A stretch of DNA of 64,000 nucleotides from Gekko japonicus. Taxonomy: Eukaryota. Below, piece after piece: positions 36,090 through 48,440 of the stretch (the stretch's first letter is position 1; each line of letters opens with the position of its first letter). The stretch spans positions 3,234,314-3,298,313 of the forward strand of contig NW_015171503.1 of assembly GCF_001447785.1 (NCBI RefSeq), in the 5' to 3' direction. The notes under the pieces are model-generated. The model saw only the letters and a list, made by a program, of their open reading frames with translations, did no database searches and was not told where the DNA came from. The position numbers and the translations under genes are program-made.

Positions 36090-36240
36090 GTAAGACATTT
36101 TATTAAGACCAACCAACACGACTCATAACAGTGTGCAAGCTTAACAAAGTTTGAGTCCAGTGGCACTTTTAAGACCAACGAAGTTCATTTCTGGGTATAA
36201 GCTTTCTTGGGCATGCACACTTCTTCAGATACACTGAAAC
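36090..36240. mobile_element. Penelope-like element terminal fragment
   Basis: GAGTCCAGTGGCAC..TTAAGACCAAC...ATAAGCTTTC...CACTTCTTCAGATAC; related pieces ~37465-37590 and ~37870-37950. Confidence 0.55.
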
Positions 36241-36492
36241 AAGACTTTGCCAACCTTCACTACCCTCCTGAATCTCTCTAGCGTGCAAGCTTTTAAGTGA
36301 CGTTTTTTAAAAAGGGTGGGTAGCGACGGGGAAAAGTTGTTTCAAGAAACGTTTCTGGAACTCATCCTTGCATTTAACTCTGAGAAATGGGGAAAGTGAG
36401 GCTGAAGCATCCAGGGGCATAGCCAGAACATTTTGGGTGGGTGGGAAGTTGGGAAATCGGGGGGGGGGGTATAGATAGAGATCCCGTTGGCA

Positions 36493-36708
36493 GTAGGGTT
36501 CCCAGGTCTGGATTGGAAAATACCTGGAGACTTTGGGGGTGGATCCAGGAGAGGGCAGGGTTTGGGGAGGGGCCTCAGCATGGTATAATGCTATAGAGTC
36601 CACCCTTCAAATCAGCCATTTTCTCCAGGGGAGCAGATCTCTGTCAGCTGGAGATCAGTTGTAAAAGCGGGAGATCTCCATGCCCCACCTGGAGGCTGGC
36701 AACCCTAG
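36493..36708. mobile_element. MITE of the same TAGGGTT(G)CCA family
   Basis: TAGGGTTCCCAGG...CTGGCAACCCTA terminal inverted repeats. Confidence 0.8.
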
Positions 36709-39501
36709 TTGGCAGGCAGGTGAAGAAGGGAAGAGTCTTTCCTTATCTGCCAGCACAACTCCCACAGCAGGAGTTGTGGGGCACGAGTGAGGGGGCACTG
36801 CCCCTAAATGTCCCACTGTGGCTACAGGCCAGAAAGCATCCCCAGGACTCTGAAACAGACGTTAGAAGCACAGCCTACAGTCAAGAATTGCCTATTCATA
36901 TATGGTCTGCCCCTACCACCAGTTCACCAGTTAGAGTGAACACACATACAAACTGTGATGTACACTTGATTTTTCTTTATACACGCATCAAGAGAGTCTC
37001 ATGTTACATTCAACACATGCACAATGCTGAACATTTTATTCAAACCCCATATTTATCCAGGTATTGGTCCCCGCTTTCACTTGCAAAGTGAATGTGCATT
37101 GGCTTTTTCTTACAGACCTAATACAGGATATAGATGCATTCATAAGATAAAAGGTGGATAAAAGGACACTGCTTTTGCAGCATATAACAATTATCTCACC
37201 AAACCTGGGGAATGAGGCGGGGCTGCTGTGGGTGGGGGTTTCCAGTGTCCCTGACTGCCCATGAAGCTGTGTAAGTCATGTGATTTAGTTTCATATTATA
37301 TTTGGGTCAGGTCTTGCCACTACCGGGAAGGCTAGGGAAAATTTTTGCCTTTTGATGGCTTTTGGCAGCCCAGCATGCAGATGGAAGATATATTTCCATT
37401 TTCAGTGGTGTTTCATAGGAATCCAAACACGTGGAGAGATGGTGAAATGTGCAGAAAGAGAGTAAAGGAGTAGCTGAGTTAGTCTGTTTAGCAAAATAAA
37501 AAAGAAGTTTGCTTGCGCCTTAAAGACCAATGTTTATCTCAATATGACCTTTCTTGAGTCACTGCTCACTTCTTCAGATATGCATGGAAATCAAACTGAG
37601 AATCCTTCTTATGGGACAGGTTAGAATGGGGTGAATGAGTTAAAGCAGAGGGTTAATTCCATCAGCTTGCAGGGAGGGCGGGTTATAAATATAATAAATA
37701 AATAAATCATGAGTCCTAGTATAGATTCACTGTATGGGGAAAAAGAGGTTAAAGAGGTGTGACTCCCATTTTAAAACTTCAAAGTACAATCTCTCTTATG
37801 TCTGAAACAGAATTAGCAATTATAAATAATGGGTGATAAACTTATCTGTTTTAAGTGAAAATTAACTGATACTGAAGTGAGCTGTAAGTCATGAAAGCTC
37901 ATACTGAAATAAATATTGCTAGTCTTCAAGGTGCCATTGGGCTTCTTTTATTTAGTAAGAATACCAACTGATCTATGACAAAAACATGGATGTTAGAGGG
38001 AGGCAAGCTTGCAGGATCATGATTAAGATACACAAAATCTAATTTCAGTTGCAAAAATGACTGTGACAGAAATGGTTGACTATATCTTTTTATGGCCTGT
38101 GGACTATCAAATTAAATTGTACTCCAAGTACTTCTTGCTCTTTTATGAATGAATTTTTTTTACTGATCATGTGTTTAATGTAAAAGCACTATCACACATC
38201 CAGTTCTCACAATAACTCTGCTCTCTCTTTTTGCTAAGATGGAAGCCAGCTGGATGTATAGTGAGATAGTGGGCCAACAGAGACTCTCCTTTGCCAATGT
38301 ACTCAAGACTTTCAATATTTAGAAAACAAGAAAAAATGGACATGACATTATAGAATCTTGGTCTGCCAGTCTCATATACACACACATTAAAAGATTCATT
38401 TTCTCAGTACAGTCTGAGGAGGAAAACACTTGTCAGTGGAACCAGATGATATCACTGACCACAGCCAGCTTAGCACAAAGCATATCTGAAAAATTTGCTG
38501 TAGCCAGACCAGCTTTTTTAAAATTGAAAGAACCTCCTTTATGAGAACGCTCAGTGGAAAGAATGTTATGAACCACAAGACTGTGAAAAGGAAGACTAGC
38601 AGGAGGAAATAGCACAAATCCAGCCTCTGGACAATCAAAGCAACACATACACGAACATCTGGACTTGATGTTTCATGGCCAAGGTTCCAGGCCAGCAGTT
38701 CAAGCCCCACCCCCTAATTTTATGGCACTAATAAATTGCCACCTCTCTTTTATAGACTTAACTGGAGTGTGAAATGCCATGAACACTGTTGCATTTGTCA
38801 TGCAGCATTTAAACAAAAACTCCAGTTCCAAGAACTGTAATGCATATGTATCCACCATTATATTCTCAAGGCAAAACTGATAACAATGGAATTGTCCTGA
38901 CTTGACTGGAAAAAGCATTTCTCATCATGCTTGGTGCTTTTCTTACAGGTTGTTTCAGGTGGTTAGCCAGTTGATGGAGGAAGTATTCTCAAAACATATT
39001 TTACCAAATCACACCATTGGTCTATCAGGATCCACATCGGCTACTCTGGCAAGGAGCAGCTCTCCAGGGTGTCTGATGGGGTCCTCCATATTACTCACTA
39101 CCTGGGGACGTCTGGGGTCTTCTGTATGCAAAGCAAGTGCTCTACCATTGAGCCATGGCCCCAGAGCGTAACTGTGAATGTTGCATTATGTAATCTCTGG
39201 TATTGCATCTGGTACTGCATATGCCCCTCTAAATGCAAAACATGTCACAGGCAAGAAAATAACATTAAACAGCTGTGGCGCTTCATATGTGTCATTCAAA
39301 CACTAGTAAAGAAGACAGTGCACTCTAGTTACAGATGGTGTGCTAAACAATCTGAGTTCAGCCTCATGTTCAGGTACTGGAATATTACCTCACAATTTGC
39401 CCTTCCAAGCTGCACAGAATGCTCCCAGCCTTATGCTGAGTTGACCTGAAGGTGTCATGCCACGTAGTAGTTTGCAGGGTGCATTTCACTACTGCTTACT
39501 A

Positions 39502-40050
39502 GGGAGCGGTGGCGTAGGCGTTAATTCCCCTGCTTAACTATAACATCTGAACTGCCAAGCTTTGTCAGTTCTAGCCCTGTGCTGGTGTGAGCAACCAAGC
39601 CTTGTCCTAGCTCATCGTCTACCCAGTGATTCGAAAGCTTCGGCAAGTAGATAAATTGGGGACCACCCGTAAGGGGGTGGGCACACCACTCCCTTTGGGA
39701 AGGTGTTAGCTGCTGAGAGTGATTTCTGTGGCGCAGCAAGATCAAAAGCTGAAAGATCTGTTTCGGCATCCCTGCAGTGGAGCAAGTCGGCCAGGCGATG
39801 GCAGCGCGACATCAAGAAGCCCTGACGTCATCAGCCAGCCGACAAGAATACATGCTGTCGGAACACAACTGATCCAGCTTGCAGATGAATCCCCGGCCAG
39901 CTACAATATGTGTGTAATTAAAAATATACTGTATGTTGTCTTCTCTATCCCCCATGAGTATTGTTAGTCCAACTGTCATAAATCGCTCTGAGCCCACAGG
40001 TGTGTGGGAAAAACGATCAATAAATCAAAAGTATTATTATTATTATTACT
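39502..40050 (+). mobile_element. SINE with Sauria-SINE-like 5' half and L2-like (TAT)n tail
   Basis: GGTGGCGTAG head; TTCGAAAGC...GCAAGTAGATAAAT shared with local Sauria SINEs; tail AATCGCTCTGAGCCC...CAATAAAT...TATTATTATT. Confidence 0.65.
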
Positions 40051-41229
40051 ACCTGCCATCATATTCTGTCTTTACTTTCCCCCCCCCCTTAATTATAAGC
40101 TTTACTAAAGGGGTGGGAAAGAGCCACACAACCCAATTACCAAAAACATTTAAACATAGAAAATACCACATTCATGAAAATGCATGAAGATTTATTATCA
40201 AAGACACCAAAATCCAGAAACATCTAGGTCCACAGCCCTGTTTCTGGGAATAAAGACTGTCAGAGTCCAAAACATACCTGATTATTCATAACGTTTATAA
40301 ATACACCATTCTTTTTCTTAGCACTGACATCATTTGAAAAAAAATGCAACAGAAAATTCAATAAAACAACTTACACTAGGAACAAAATCGCTTTAATCCC
40401 TTTAAAAATAAAGTAGAATGACACAGAGACCAATGCATGCCACCATTCTGCCTTACCATTGCATGATGGTGGTGCAAAAAGAAACACATGAAAGGCAAAG
40501 ATTAGCTGAGGATCTTTTTTTGCCAAGACAAGAGCCAGAATGGAAATGCACCTGGAACTCAGGAGGCCATCTGAGTCCCATTTAACTGTTTTCCATTAAT
40601 GTGCCATGTCAGTTACATACAGGGGCAGGAACAGAAATGGAGGGATTTAAATCCATACCCATGAGGCAAAACGGCATGGTGATAGGGCAGATAATATGGC
40701 CAAGAGTTCACACTTTCCAGCACACCCCTACACTGTGCCAGTCAGCTTTAGAGTCCAACCAACATCCAGAATGACTGCAAACTACTCTTCATTACTGTTT
40801 AAAATCAGATGTCAAATTAGTTTCTGTCAGTCACACACACTTCGGAGCTATAGGAAGGGAGTCCAGAGTGATACTTATCCCCCTTACTGTATCTTTGTCA
40901 GCTCATGGGCAGGAACTGAAGTCCAGACCTCATGTCTCCAGATATAAGAATGAAAGGGTTCAAAGGTACACAACACAACTTAGACTGCAACAGATCCGAA
41001 ACAGGTTCAGCAAGACAAGAGTATGGGAGATCTCTGCATGCATCCTTTCTCCCCCATATTCAAACCACATTACTTTTACTCCCTTCTCCGGGGGGGGGGG
41101 GGGGGGGGGGGGGGGGAAGGTGCATATTATCTGCAGGGAACTTTATTGGCTAGAACAAAAGTGTGTTGCACAGGAATGTTATGTGCACTTTACAAAAAGA
41201 TGCTTCACAAAAAATGTGAAATAGTACTA

Positions 41230-41318
41230 ACTGCCATTTTAAGCAGAGTTACACCTTTCTAAGCCCGCTGACTTCAGTGCACTTGGAAGGGTGTAACTGT
41301 GCCTAGGATGATACTGTA
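41230..41318. mobile_element. ~90-bp palindromic MITE; other copies at 18108-18190, 49590-49679, 62027-62115
   Basis: TAAGCAGAGTTACACC.TTCTAAG...CTT.GAAGGGTGTAACT.TGC.TAGG self-complementary. Confidence 0.8.
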
Positions 41319-41532
41319 GATCTGCTTCCTGACTGCACCTGAGACCTTATTAACATTTCACACTTGGGATCTTGGTTACATATCCTATCAGGATGCAACA
41401 AGATGCGAGACCAGAACACTGCAGTCTTCCTAGGGAGATGTGACTTCATCAGTTCTGGAAAGCACATGTTTTTTAAAGTGGATCCTCATGCTCTTTCCTT
41501 CCTACCATCACCTGAAGACCCTCATTTCTTGC

Positions 41533-41613
41533 TCACTTCCTCCTCCGGCTGTAATTTTTCAGTTCCTCCAGTTCCTTCTCCATGAGATGAGATTCTGCGG
41601 TTGTTTCAGAGAG
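41533..41613 (-). CDS. CBY1: CBY1 last coding exon
   Basis: LSETTAESHLMEKELEELKNYSRRRK* (C-terminal basic NLS). Confidence 0.95.
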   Translation of the reverse strand, partial: LSETTAESHLMEKELEELKNYSRRRK

Positions 41614-43836
41614 CTGCAAATGGAAGGCAGCAACAGCAATAAGAGAACAATCTTTGTTTTCCCATGGTGCACTAGTGCTGGCAGATTAACAGCACAGAAA
41701 AAGAACCTTTAGCTTAGCTCCCTGAAGATGTAGATTTCATCTCCACATTCCACAGTAGAAATATCTGCCAAGGAATTCTACCTATTGCAAACTGCATGGG
41801 ACTTAATGTTCTCAGTTAATGCAGGACACCCTCCTGCACCTAGCTGTCCATATGTGGCTGCAAGGGAAGTCTGGCAAAATTGGGCGAGCATGGTCAGTTG
41901 TTTCTTTGCCATTACCCTGCTCCTCAAAAGGGAATCCCAGGAACATAGTTTGGAAGCCACTGTTTTCCCTTCAACAGATATCTGCTCAGGAGCACATGAA
42001 CAGATTATTCATTAATCCACAAATCCAACAGCGGAACAAATCCCAAAAGGAACCAGATACTGTAGTACAGAACTGCATCAACTAGCTCTGTGGAAAACTG
42101 AAGGTTAGAGAAAACAGGAGAGGGGAGTTACTGTTTTATCTAAGATCCAGAATTTCCAGGAACCCAGAAAATATGGATTAGAGTTTTGACAGGGATTGGG
42201 ATCTGAATCCCTGCTACCACATAAACCCTCTGATGAGTCATGTGGTGGCCTCCATCTCATAGTTTCAGTTTCCCTGTTCTGCATTAGAAAGACCCATGAA
42301 TACAGACTTTGCTAGATTGCCAAAGGCAAGCCGCATCATCCCATTCTCACCATATCCAGCAAAATATCCACTTTTAGCCGCAAGAGATTGTTCTCTTCCT
42401 CCAGCTGCTGGTTCCGTCTGCGTAGTCGCTGGGTCTCTCTGCGGTCTCCACTGCCCCCCAATGAGTCTACAAGTGAAAAAGGGGAACGGTATTAAGAATT
42501 GCCCTGCATTCTAGACTCCACACTGCCTACAGCCCGTGAAAGGCTCAGCAGGTGTCAGCCTTGGCCAGACAGCTTGGCAGGAAGTGACAATACTGCCAAG
42601 GTGTTAACCTACCAACACATGCCAAAAGACCCACAAATACCTTTCCTGGTAACCTCAGGCTGGAGACAGCAAGAGCTAGTAGCAGTGTCAGGAAGGAGAC
42701 TGAGCAGAGCAAAAGGTAGCTGAGGTTCCCCAATGGAGCACCAACACCCAAGTAGACCCAAGCCACAGTGTCAGTGCCACATGGTACAAACCCAGGCACC
42801 ATAACCAGTGCCTGCAAGGGTGATATAAGGGAAAGACCAAAGGGTCTTGCCCTCCGTGAATGAATCCAGGACAGAGACAGCAAGCACAGTCAACCCACCA
42901 ACCAATCATGAAGGAAGTATCCCTCTAAGTGGCAACTAAGACTGGTAGCAAAGACTCAGGTTGCACAGAGGCTGCCGTCACACCAGGATGTGTCCTCGGA
43001 GGTACTGGATGTTCCCCTGACTATGGCTTCTGCCACTGCCAATAGGAGTGGTGATCTTCCTCACCTGTAACCCACTGGCCATTCTCAAACTTCAGGCTCT
43101 GTCCAGCAAGTGTCATGGCTGGAGTGCCATAGTCTAGGCCCAACTCAATCTCACGAGTAGATCTATCCAGCTGTAGGGAGAAAGTAGATTCAACATGTTT
43201 AAAGAATTCAATTTCACCCACCCTAATGCTTCTCCTTCATGTTTTAATGTTCAGTACAAATATTAACAGGAGTGGAGTTATATGATGACTTGTGGGGGAG
43301 GGAAAATTCTTCGCCCCACTGGATCCTGCTTCCTCCCCTCTTGCTCTGACTCCAGTTCCCTCCCCTTTGTCCACCCACCCAGTTCTTCCCTCATTCAGAG
43401 TACAGATTTGGAAGGGGGGATTTAAAGCAACACCTCTTTTTTCCTACATAGAGGGGTCAGCCAGGTTCTTCCAGCCTCAGTATTTCTCATCTCTAAAATG
43501 GAAGTGTTGATTGGCTGACTGCCTCCAAATATATGTGTAGCTCATCTGGTGCATTCATTTTTAGAATCCATGAGCTGCAACAGCTATGGGTTAGTACAGA
43601 GAGGTGACAGATTGGGTGTGGCGTATAATTCTGATACGTTCCACTCCTCAGAGTTGCCAGTCTGTGTCTGGTGGACCTGAGGCATTGGTTAAACAAAACA
43701 AAGCTCTATCCCACAAAGCTGAAGTCTGCCCACTCCCACTCCAGGTTCTAGAACGTACCGAGTGCAGGTTGGAAAGTGAAGCTGATTTCCTGGGTGGGGT
43801 TTTCTTGGGGCTGAAGGTGTTCCCAAAGAGCGGCAT
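41533..43836 (-). CDS. CBY1: Protein chibby homolog 1 (beta-catenin antagonist, basal-body protein), complete, 126 aa
   Basis: Exons 43759-43836, 43065-43170, 42351-42466, 41533-41613 sum to 381 nt; MPLFGNTFSPKKTPPRKSASLSNLHS|LDRSTREIELGLDYG...LEEENNLLRLKVDILLDM|LSETTAESHLMEKELEELKNYSRRRK*. Confidence 0.98.
42351..42466 (-). CDS. CBY1: CBY1 coding exon 3
   Basis: DSLGGSGDRRETQRLRRRNQQLEEENNLLRLKVDILLDM (coiled coil). Confidence 0.95.
43065..43170 (-). CDS. CBY1: CBY1 coding exon 2
   Basis: LDRSTREIELGLDYGTPAMTLAGQSLKFENGQWVT. Confidence 0.96.
43759..43836 (-). CDS. CBY1: CBY1 first coding exon
   Basis: MPLFGNTFSPKKTPPRKSASLSNLHS, includes 14-3-3 type RKSAS motif. Confidence 0.96.
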
Positions 43837-44794
43837 GGTTCCTCAGCCTGAAAGCCTCCCTCTGGTTGCCAATATGCAAAAGCAGCAAAAAAAAAAAAAA
43901 AAAGAGCAAGAATGACAAAAGGCACATCAAGGCAGAGCTGAAACATGCACATTCTGTGAGGCAGTAAGCTTGGCCTACATATAAATAATGGGAAAGACAA
44001 CTGTCGTTTTTTCAAAAGTGAGTCTGTAGCCCTCTTTGATTGGAGAACAGACAAAAACATTCCCAGTCTCCCCTCCCTAAACGCTTAGCCCCCACCTCAT
44101 TTGGGTTAAGGGTCAACAGCTCATTGCAGAGAACAGAAAGGACCGCGGGGGAAACAGACAGCTTGGATGTCATCTTTAGATCCAAAATGAGGTTAATCCA
44201 TCATCTCTTCCATAGTGAAAAATACCAGAGTAATGGGCAGTTCTGAAGGCTTTTTGTGTGATGAACAGTGTAATCCTTAGCAGAGTTATACCTAAGCCCA
44301 CTGACATTAATTTTATTTACTTCATTTATACCCGGCTTTTCTCCCCAATGGTGACCCAAAGTAGCATATTATAACTGTGTAACCTTGTGAGGCAAGTTAG
44401 GCTGAGAGTGTATGGCTGGGTCAAAATCACCCAGCAAGTGTCTACAGCACAGCAGGGATACAAAGCTGGGTCTCCCAGACCTCGTCTGACACTCTAACCA
44501 CTACACCATACTGTGACTCACAAGGGAGCAACTCTGTTTGGGACTGCATTGTTAGGGTGGTCAGTTATGGCAAAATCTAGGAACATTTAACACAGAGTGT
44601 TTAAATAAAAGTATTGCATGCACCATTCTTTTCAGTCCCTTATTATGGACATCAAGACTGCTAAATATCATTCTGAAAATGAGGATAACTCAAAAACAAG
44701 ACTGTAATTTACTGTGTGTATCTTCAAAAAATCCCCGGCCTAGCTTTTACTGGAGTAAAGTAGGTGGTGATAAGACATGTCAAGAATGCAAGCG

Positions 44795-45185
44795 TAGCCA
44801 TGTTGGATCAGGCCAATAGTTCATCTAGTCCAGCACCCTGTTTCTGACAGTGGCCAGTCAGATGTCACAGAAAAGCCCTCAAACAGGGCCCACAGATAAC
44901 AACCCTCACCTTCTTCCCAGCATCTGACAGCTATCATGGTTAATCGACCTACCCTCTATCAACCTGTTCATCCTCCTTTTAATTCCATCTAAGCTAGCAG
45001 CTGTCACCACATCTTGTGGCAATGAGTTCTGTAAGTCAGCTCCCCAGTGTGTTAAGTAATGCTTCCTTTTTTCTGTCTCAGATTTTCTGTCAACCAGTTT
45101 CAAAGAATGACTCTGAGTTCTAGAATTATGGGAGCAGAATAAAAGTCTCTCTGATCCATTTCTTCTACACCATGGATAGATTTCC
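44795..45185 (-). mobile_element. CR1 LINE 3' fragment
   Basis: RTQSHSLKL...LQNSLPQDVVTAASLDGIKR and GCTGGACTAGATG tail on minus strand. Confidence 0.8.
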
Positions 45186-45221
45186 ATCATGTTACCACTC
45201 AGTGGGGTTTTCTCTCCTCTA

Positions 45222-45630
45222 CTCTCGCAGCCATACATGACTACTGGGAATACCATTGCTTTGACCATGCGGACTTTTGTTGGCAGGGTGATGTCTCTAC
45301 TTTTTATCATGCTGTTTAGGTTCACCATCGCTTTCCTCCCAAGGAGCAGGCGTCTTTTAATTTCATGGCTGCTGTCACAGTCTGCGGTGACTTTGGCCAC
45401 CAAATGAGAAGGGAGCACTCACTGGAGAAGACCCTGATGCTGGGAAAGATTGAAGGTCAAAGAAGACGGGGACGGCAAAGGATGAGATGGTTAGACAGTG
45501 TCACAGATGCAACGAACATGAAATTGAGCAAACTTCAGAGGACAGCGGAAGACAGGCGGGCCTGGCGGGAGCTGGTCCATGGGGTCGCGAAGAGTCGGAC
45601 TCGACTGTGCGACTGAACAACAACAACAAA
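45222..45630 (+). mobile_element. Bov-B/RTE LINE 3' end with inverted 5' segment
   Basis: Minus 45222-45390 encodes EIKRRLLLGRKAM...DITLPTKVRMVKAMVFPVVMYGCES; plus 45391-45630 encodes FGHQMRREHSLEKTLMLGKIEG...HGVAKSRTRL* then (CAA)n. Confidence 0.9.
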
Positions 45631-45804
45631 CTAACCCCCACCAAAAGGCTTTATCTTTCCTTCATATGGCAAGCACACCAACTCCTGTGATCATTTAGGT
45701 CATACTTATTCCAACTTTTCAATATCCTCTAGAGCCTTCTGTTTCAATGCCATTCCCGCATCTCCTAACAAGAGGCTCCCCACCTTTGCCTGGCTTAGGC
45801 AAGT

Positions 45805-46335
45805 CCTGTGAGGAGAGGTTGAAGAAGCTGGATATGATTAGCCTGGAGGAGACTGAGAAGTGACATGATAACCGTACTTGAAGGGCTGTGATATAAAGGA
45901 TGGTGTGGAGTTATTTTCTGTTGCCCCAGAAGGTCAGACCAGAACCAATGGCTTGAAATTAAATCAGAAGAGTTTTTGGCTAAACATTAGGAAGAACTTC
46001 CTGACAGTTAGAAAGAGGTACCTCAGTGGAACAGGCTTCCTTGTGAAGTGGTGGGCTCTCCTTCTTTGGAGGTTTTCAAACAGAGGCTAGATGGCCATCT
46101 GACAGCAATGCTGATTCTGTGAACTTAGGCAGATCACAAGAAGACAGGGCAGGAAGGGTTGCCTCAGTGCTTAGTTCTTGTGGCCCTTTCTTACATGCCC
46201 AGGGAAATGCTAATTGCTACTTTGGGGTCAGGAAGCAATTTTTCTTCAGGCTAGTTTGGCCCCCAGTGATCCTGTTTTTTTTGTTATCTTCTAGGCATGG
46301 AGTGGGGGTCACTGGGGGTGTGGGAGGGAGGTATT
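45805..46335 (+). mobile_element. CR1 LINE fragment
   Basis: ELFSVAPEGQTRTNGLKL...LNIRKNFLTVR (CR1 ORF2 C-terminus) plus 3' UTR. Confidence 0.85.
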
Positions 46336-46949
46336 TCTGAAGGGGGGGCACAGAGCAGAGGAGATGGATTGGGCTGTACCACTTCAGATGTAGGTGGGGA
46401 AATTGACAGCTCAGGATTCTACCACCTTTCCCTATACGTGTGTAGATCGGGCCTCAGCTACTACCAGCGAGGCCAAGTGTGGAAGCAATTCACTCCTCAC
46501 ATCGTTCAGAACCCATACCTCCCTTCCTTCCCTAGAAGTTCAGAAGTTCAACAGGTTTAGCTGACCTCATCTTTGCAACGAGGTAAGCTCTTTAGATGGG
46601 CACCTGGAAAAAAGAGAAGATGCCTCACAAAGAAAAGCTTCAGTTCTGGCCACATCCTAGAAACCCTGGGTCCTCAACCCAATCAGCTCTTCCAAAGCAA
46701 ACCTACGCTGGGTAGAAATCCATACAAAGGGAATTCCTAGCTTCACTTGCGAACAAGATCTAATAATCTGAATATGTTCTTCAGATACGGGATGGGGGAC
46801 GAAATTCACTGTACGAGAAGAGATGCACAACATTGCCTTGCCGAATTCAAAACTAGTCCCTAAGAGCCTCATGCACCAACCGTTGAAACCATCGCACCAA
46901 CATTTACACAAATAACCTCCGTACCCCCCCCCCTTTTAATAGCTTTTTA

Positions 46950-47900
46950 TGCCAATCTGCGCAGGCGCACACTTACCGCGGTTTCCAAACTTCGCGAATG
47001 CAGACGGGTGGGAGAGGGACGCGTGGGTAACGGGAGCAACAGTCAGCCCCGCCTTGAGCAAAAAAGATGGGTTCTACCACGAGACAGAGAGGGGGAATGG
47101 AACTGGTACAGAACTATTTTATAAAGAATAGGCGAATTAGCACCGTCCTACCGAAAAGCTGAAAGTAAGTCAAATGGTCTTATGTAGAAGAAAAGTGAAG
47201 AGGTTATCAGGAAGTATCAGAAAATATGCTGCCGTTTCTTTTCCTATAATGGTAGCGTCCCAAACCGCCGTGAAGGGCGGAGCGAGAAACGGAGCCTCAG
47301 TCGGGACCATACCATTGATTGGGGGGGGGGGAGTTTAAGCCCAGCTTTCCCCCTTAGAGTATATATTAATAATGCTATTCCCTAATTAACAGAGACGCGA
47401 GCAACTCACTCTCCTCATGTCATGTGAACTCCCCAAGAACAGCGAGTGGTCTGTGCCTCCTTTTCGAGAGGAGGCATAAATGCCCGCGACATGGTTTGCG
47501 CCGTGCGGTTGCCGTGGTTATAGCGGGACGCCCGTTACCAAGCGAGAACCTGGTGGGAGCTTCGGCCTGTTCCGGGCGAGGGCAGCAGAACACCTGGGCT
47601 CAGCACCAGACGCCGGAGGAGCGCTTCGCGGGCAAGCCGTGATTTGAGGCCGCAGCTAATTAACCAATAAGAAAGCTCTCCCGGCCTTAGCTGGTCTGGG
47701 AAGGAACGAGGGAGTATTCCTTCTCGCTCTCTTCCCCTGCTGGTAGTAGGATCCTTGTCTGTTCCCTCTCTCTGTCCTCCCCGCCCCCTCGAGGCGCGCT
47801 TCTTTGTCTCGTAACTTTCGACTCGGAATAAGCATGCCCAGGATCAGGCTGAGCAATCGTCTGCATAACCGAAGCCTAGGGGGCGCCAGTGGGACACTGC
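46950..47900. promoter_or_regulatory. CpG island, probable divergent promoter of CBY1 (-) and FAM227A (+)
   Basis: CpG-rich; minus-strand donor CG|GTAAGT at ~46977 (candidate CBY1 non-coding exon 1), NRF1-like TGCGCAGGCGCA ~46958, RFX X-box-like GTTGCC/GTTAC/GCAAC motifs. Confidence 0.7.
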
Positions 47901-48239
47901 CTTTCCTTCTCACACCCGTCCAGTAGTTCTTTGTGGCTGGGTCGAAAGAAAGGCACTTTTCACATACGATGCATTGCTTTTCTTTATTATTAATCAGTCA
48001 GTAGCTGGGTACATGCTACAGACACACACGCACCCGCGATTTCCCTAGAGCCAGTGTAGTGTAGTAGTTAATTAGGAGTATCTGGAAAACCCAAGTTCGA
48101 ATTCCCGCTCATGCCATGGAAATTCAGTGGGTGATCTTGGGCCAATCACACTCTCACTTTGGAAGAGAAGGACCGGATGATGTCTCTTAGTCTCAGTCGG
48201 GGGGGGGGGGGGTTTACAAAAAAGTCAAGTAGAGAAGAA

Positions 48240-48440
48240 GGAGAAGACCCTGATGTTGGGAAAGATTGAAGGTCAAAGAAGACAGGACGGCAAAGGATGA
48301 GATGGTTAGACAGTGTCAAAGATGCAACAAACATGAAATTGAGCCAACTTCAGAGGACAGCAGAAGACAGGAAGGCCTGGCATGATCTGGTCCATGGGGT
48401 CGCAAAGAGTCGGCCTCGACTGTGCGACTGAACAACAAAA
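48240..48440 (+). mobile_element. Bov-B/RTE LINE 3' fragment
   Basis: GGAGAAGACCCTGATGTTGGGAAAGATTGAAGG...GACTGAACAACAA. Confidence 0.88.

Noticed and set aside
44906-45418. 170-aa fusion ORF as a novel gene
   Set aside because: Chance in-frame junction of an inverted Bov-B fragment and a CR1 fragment; no start context or splice support.
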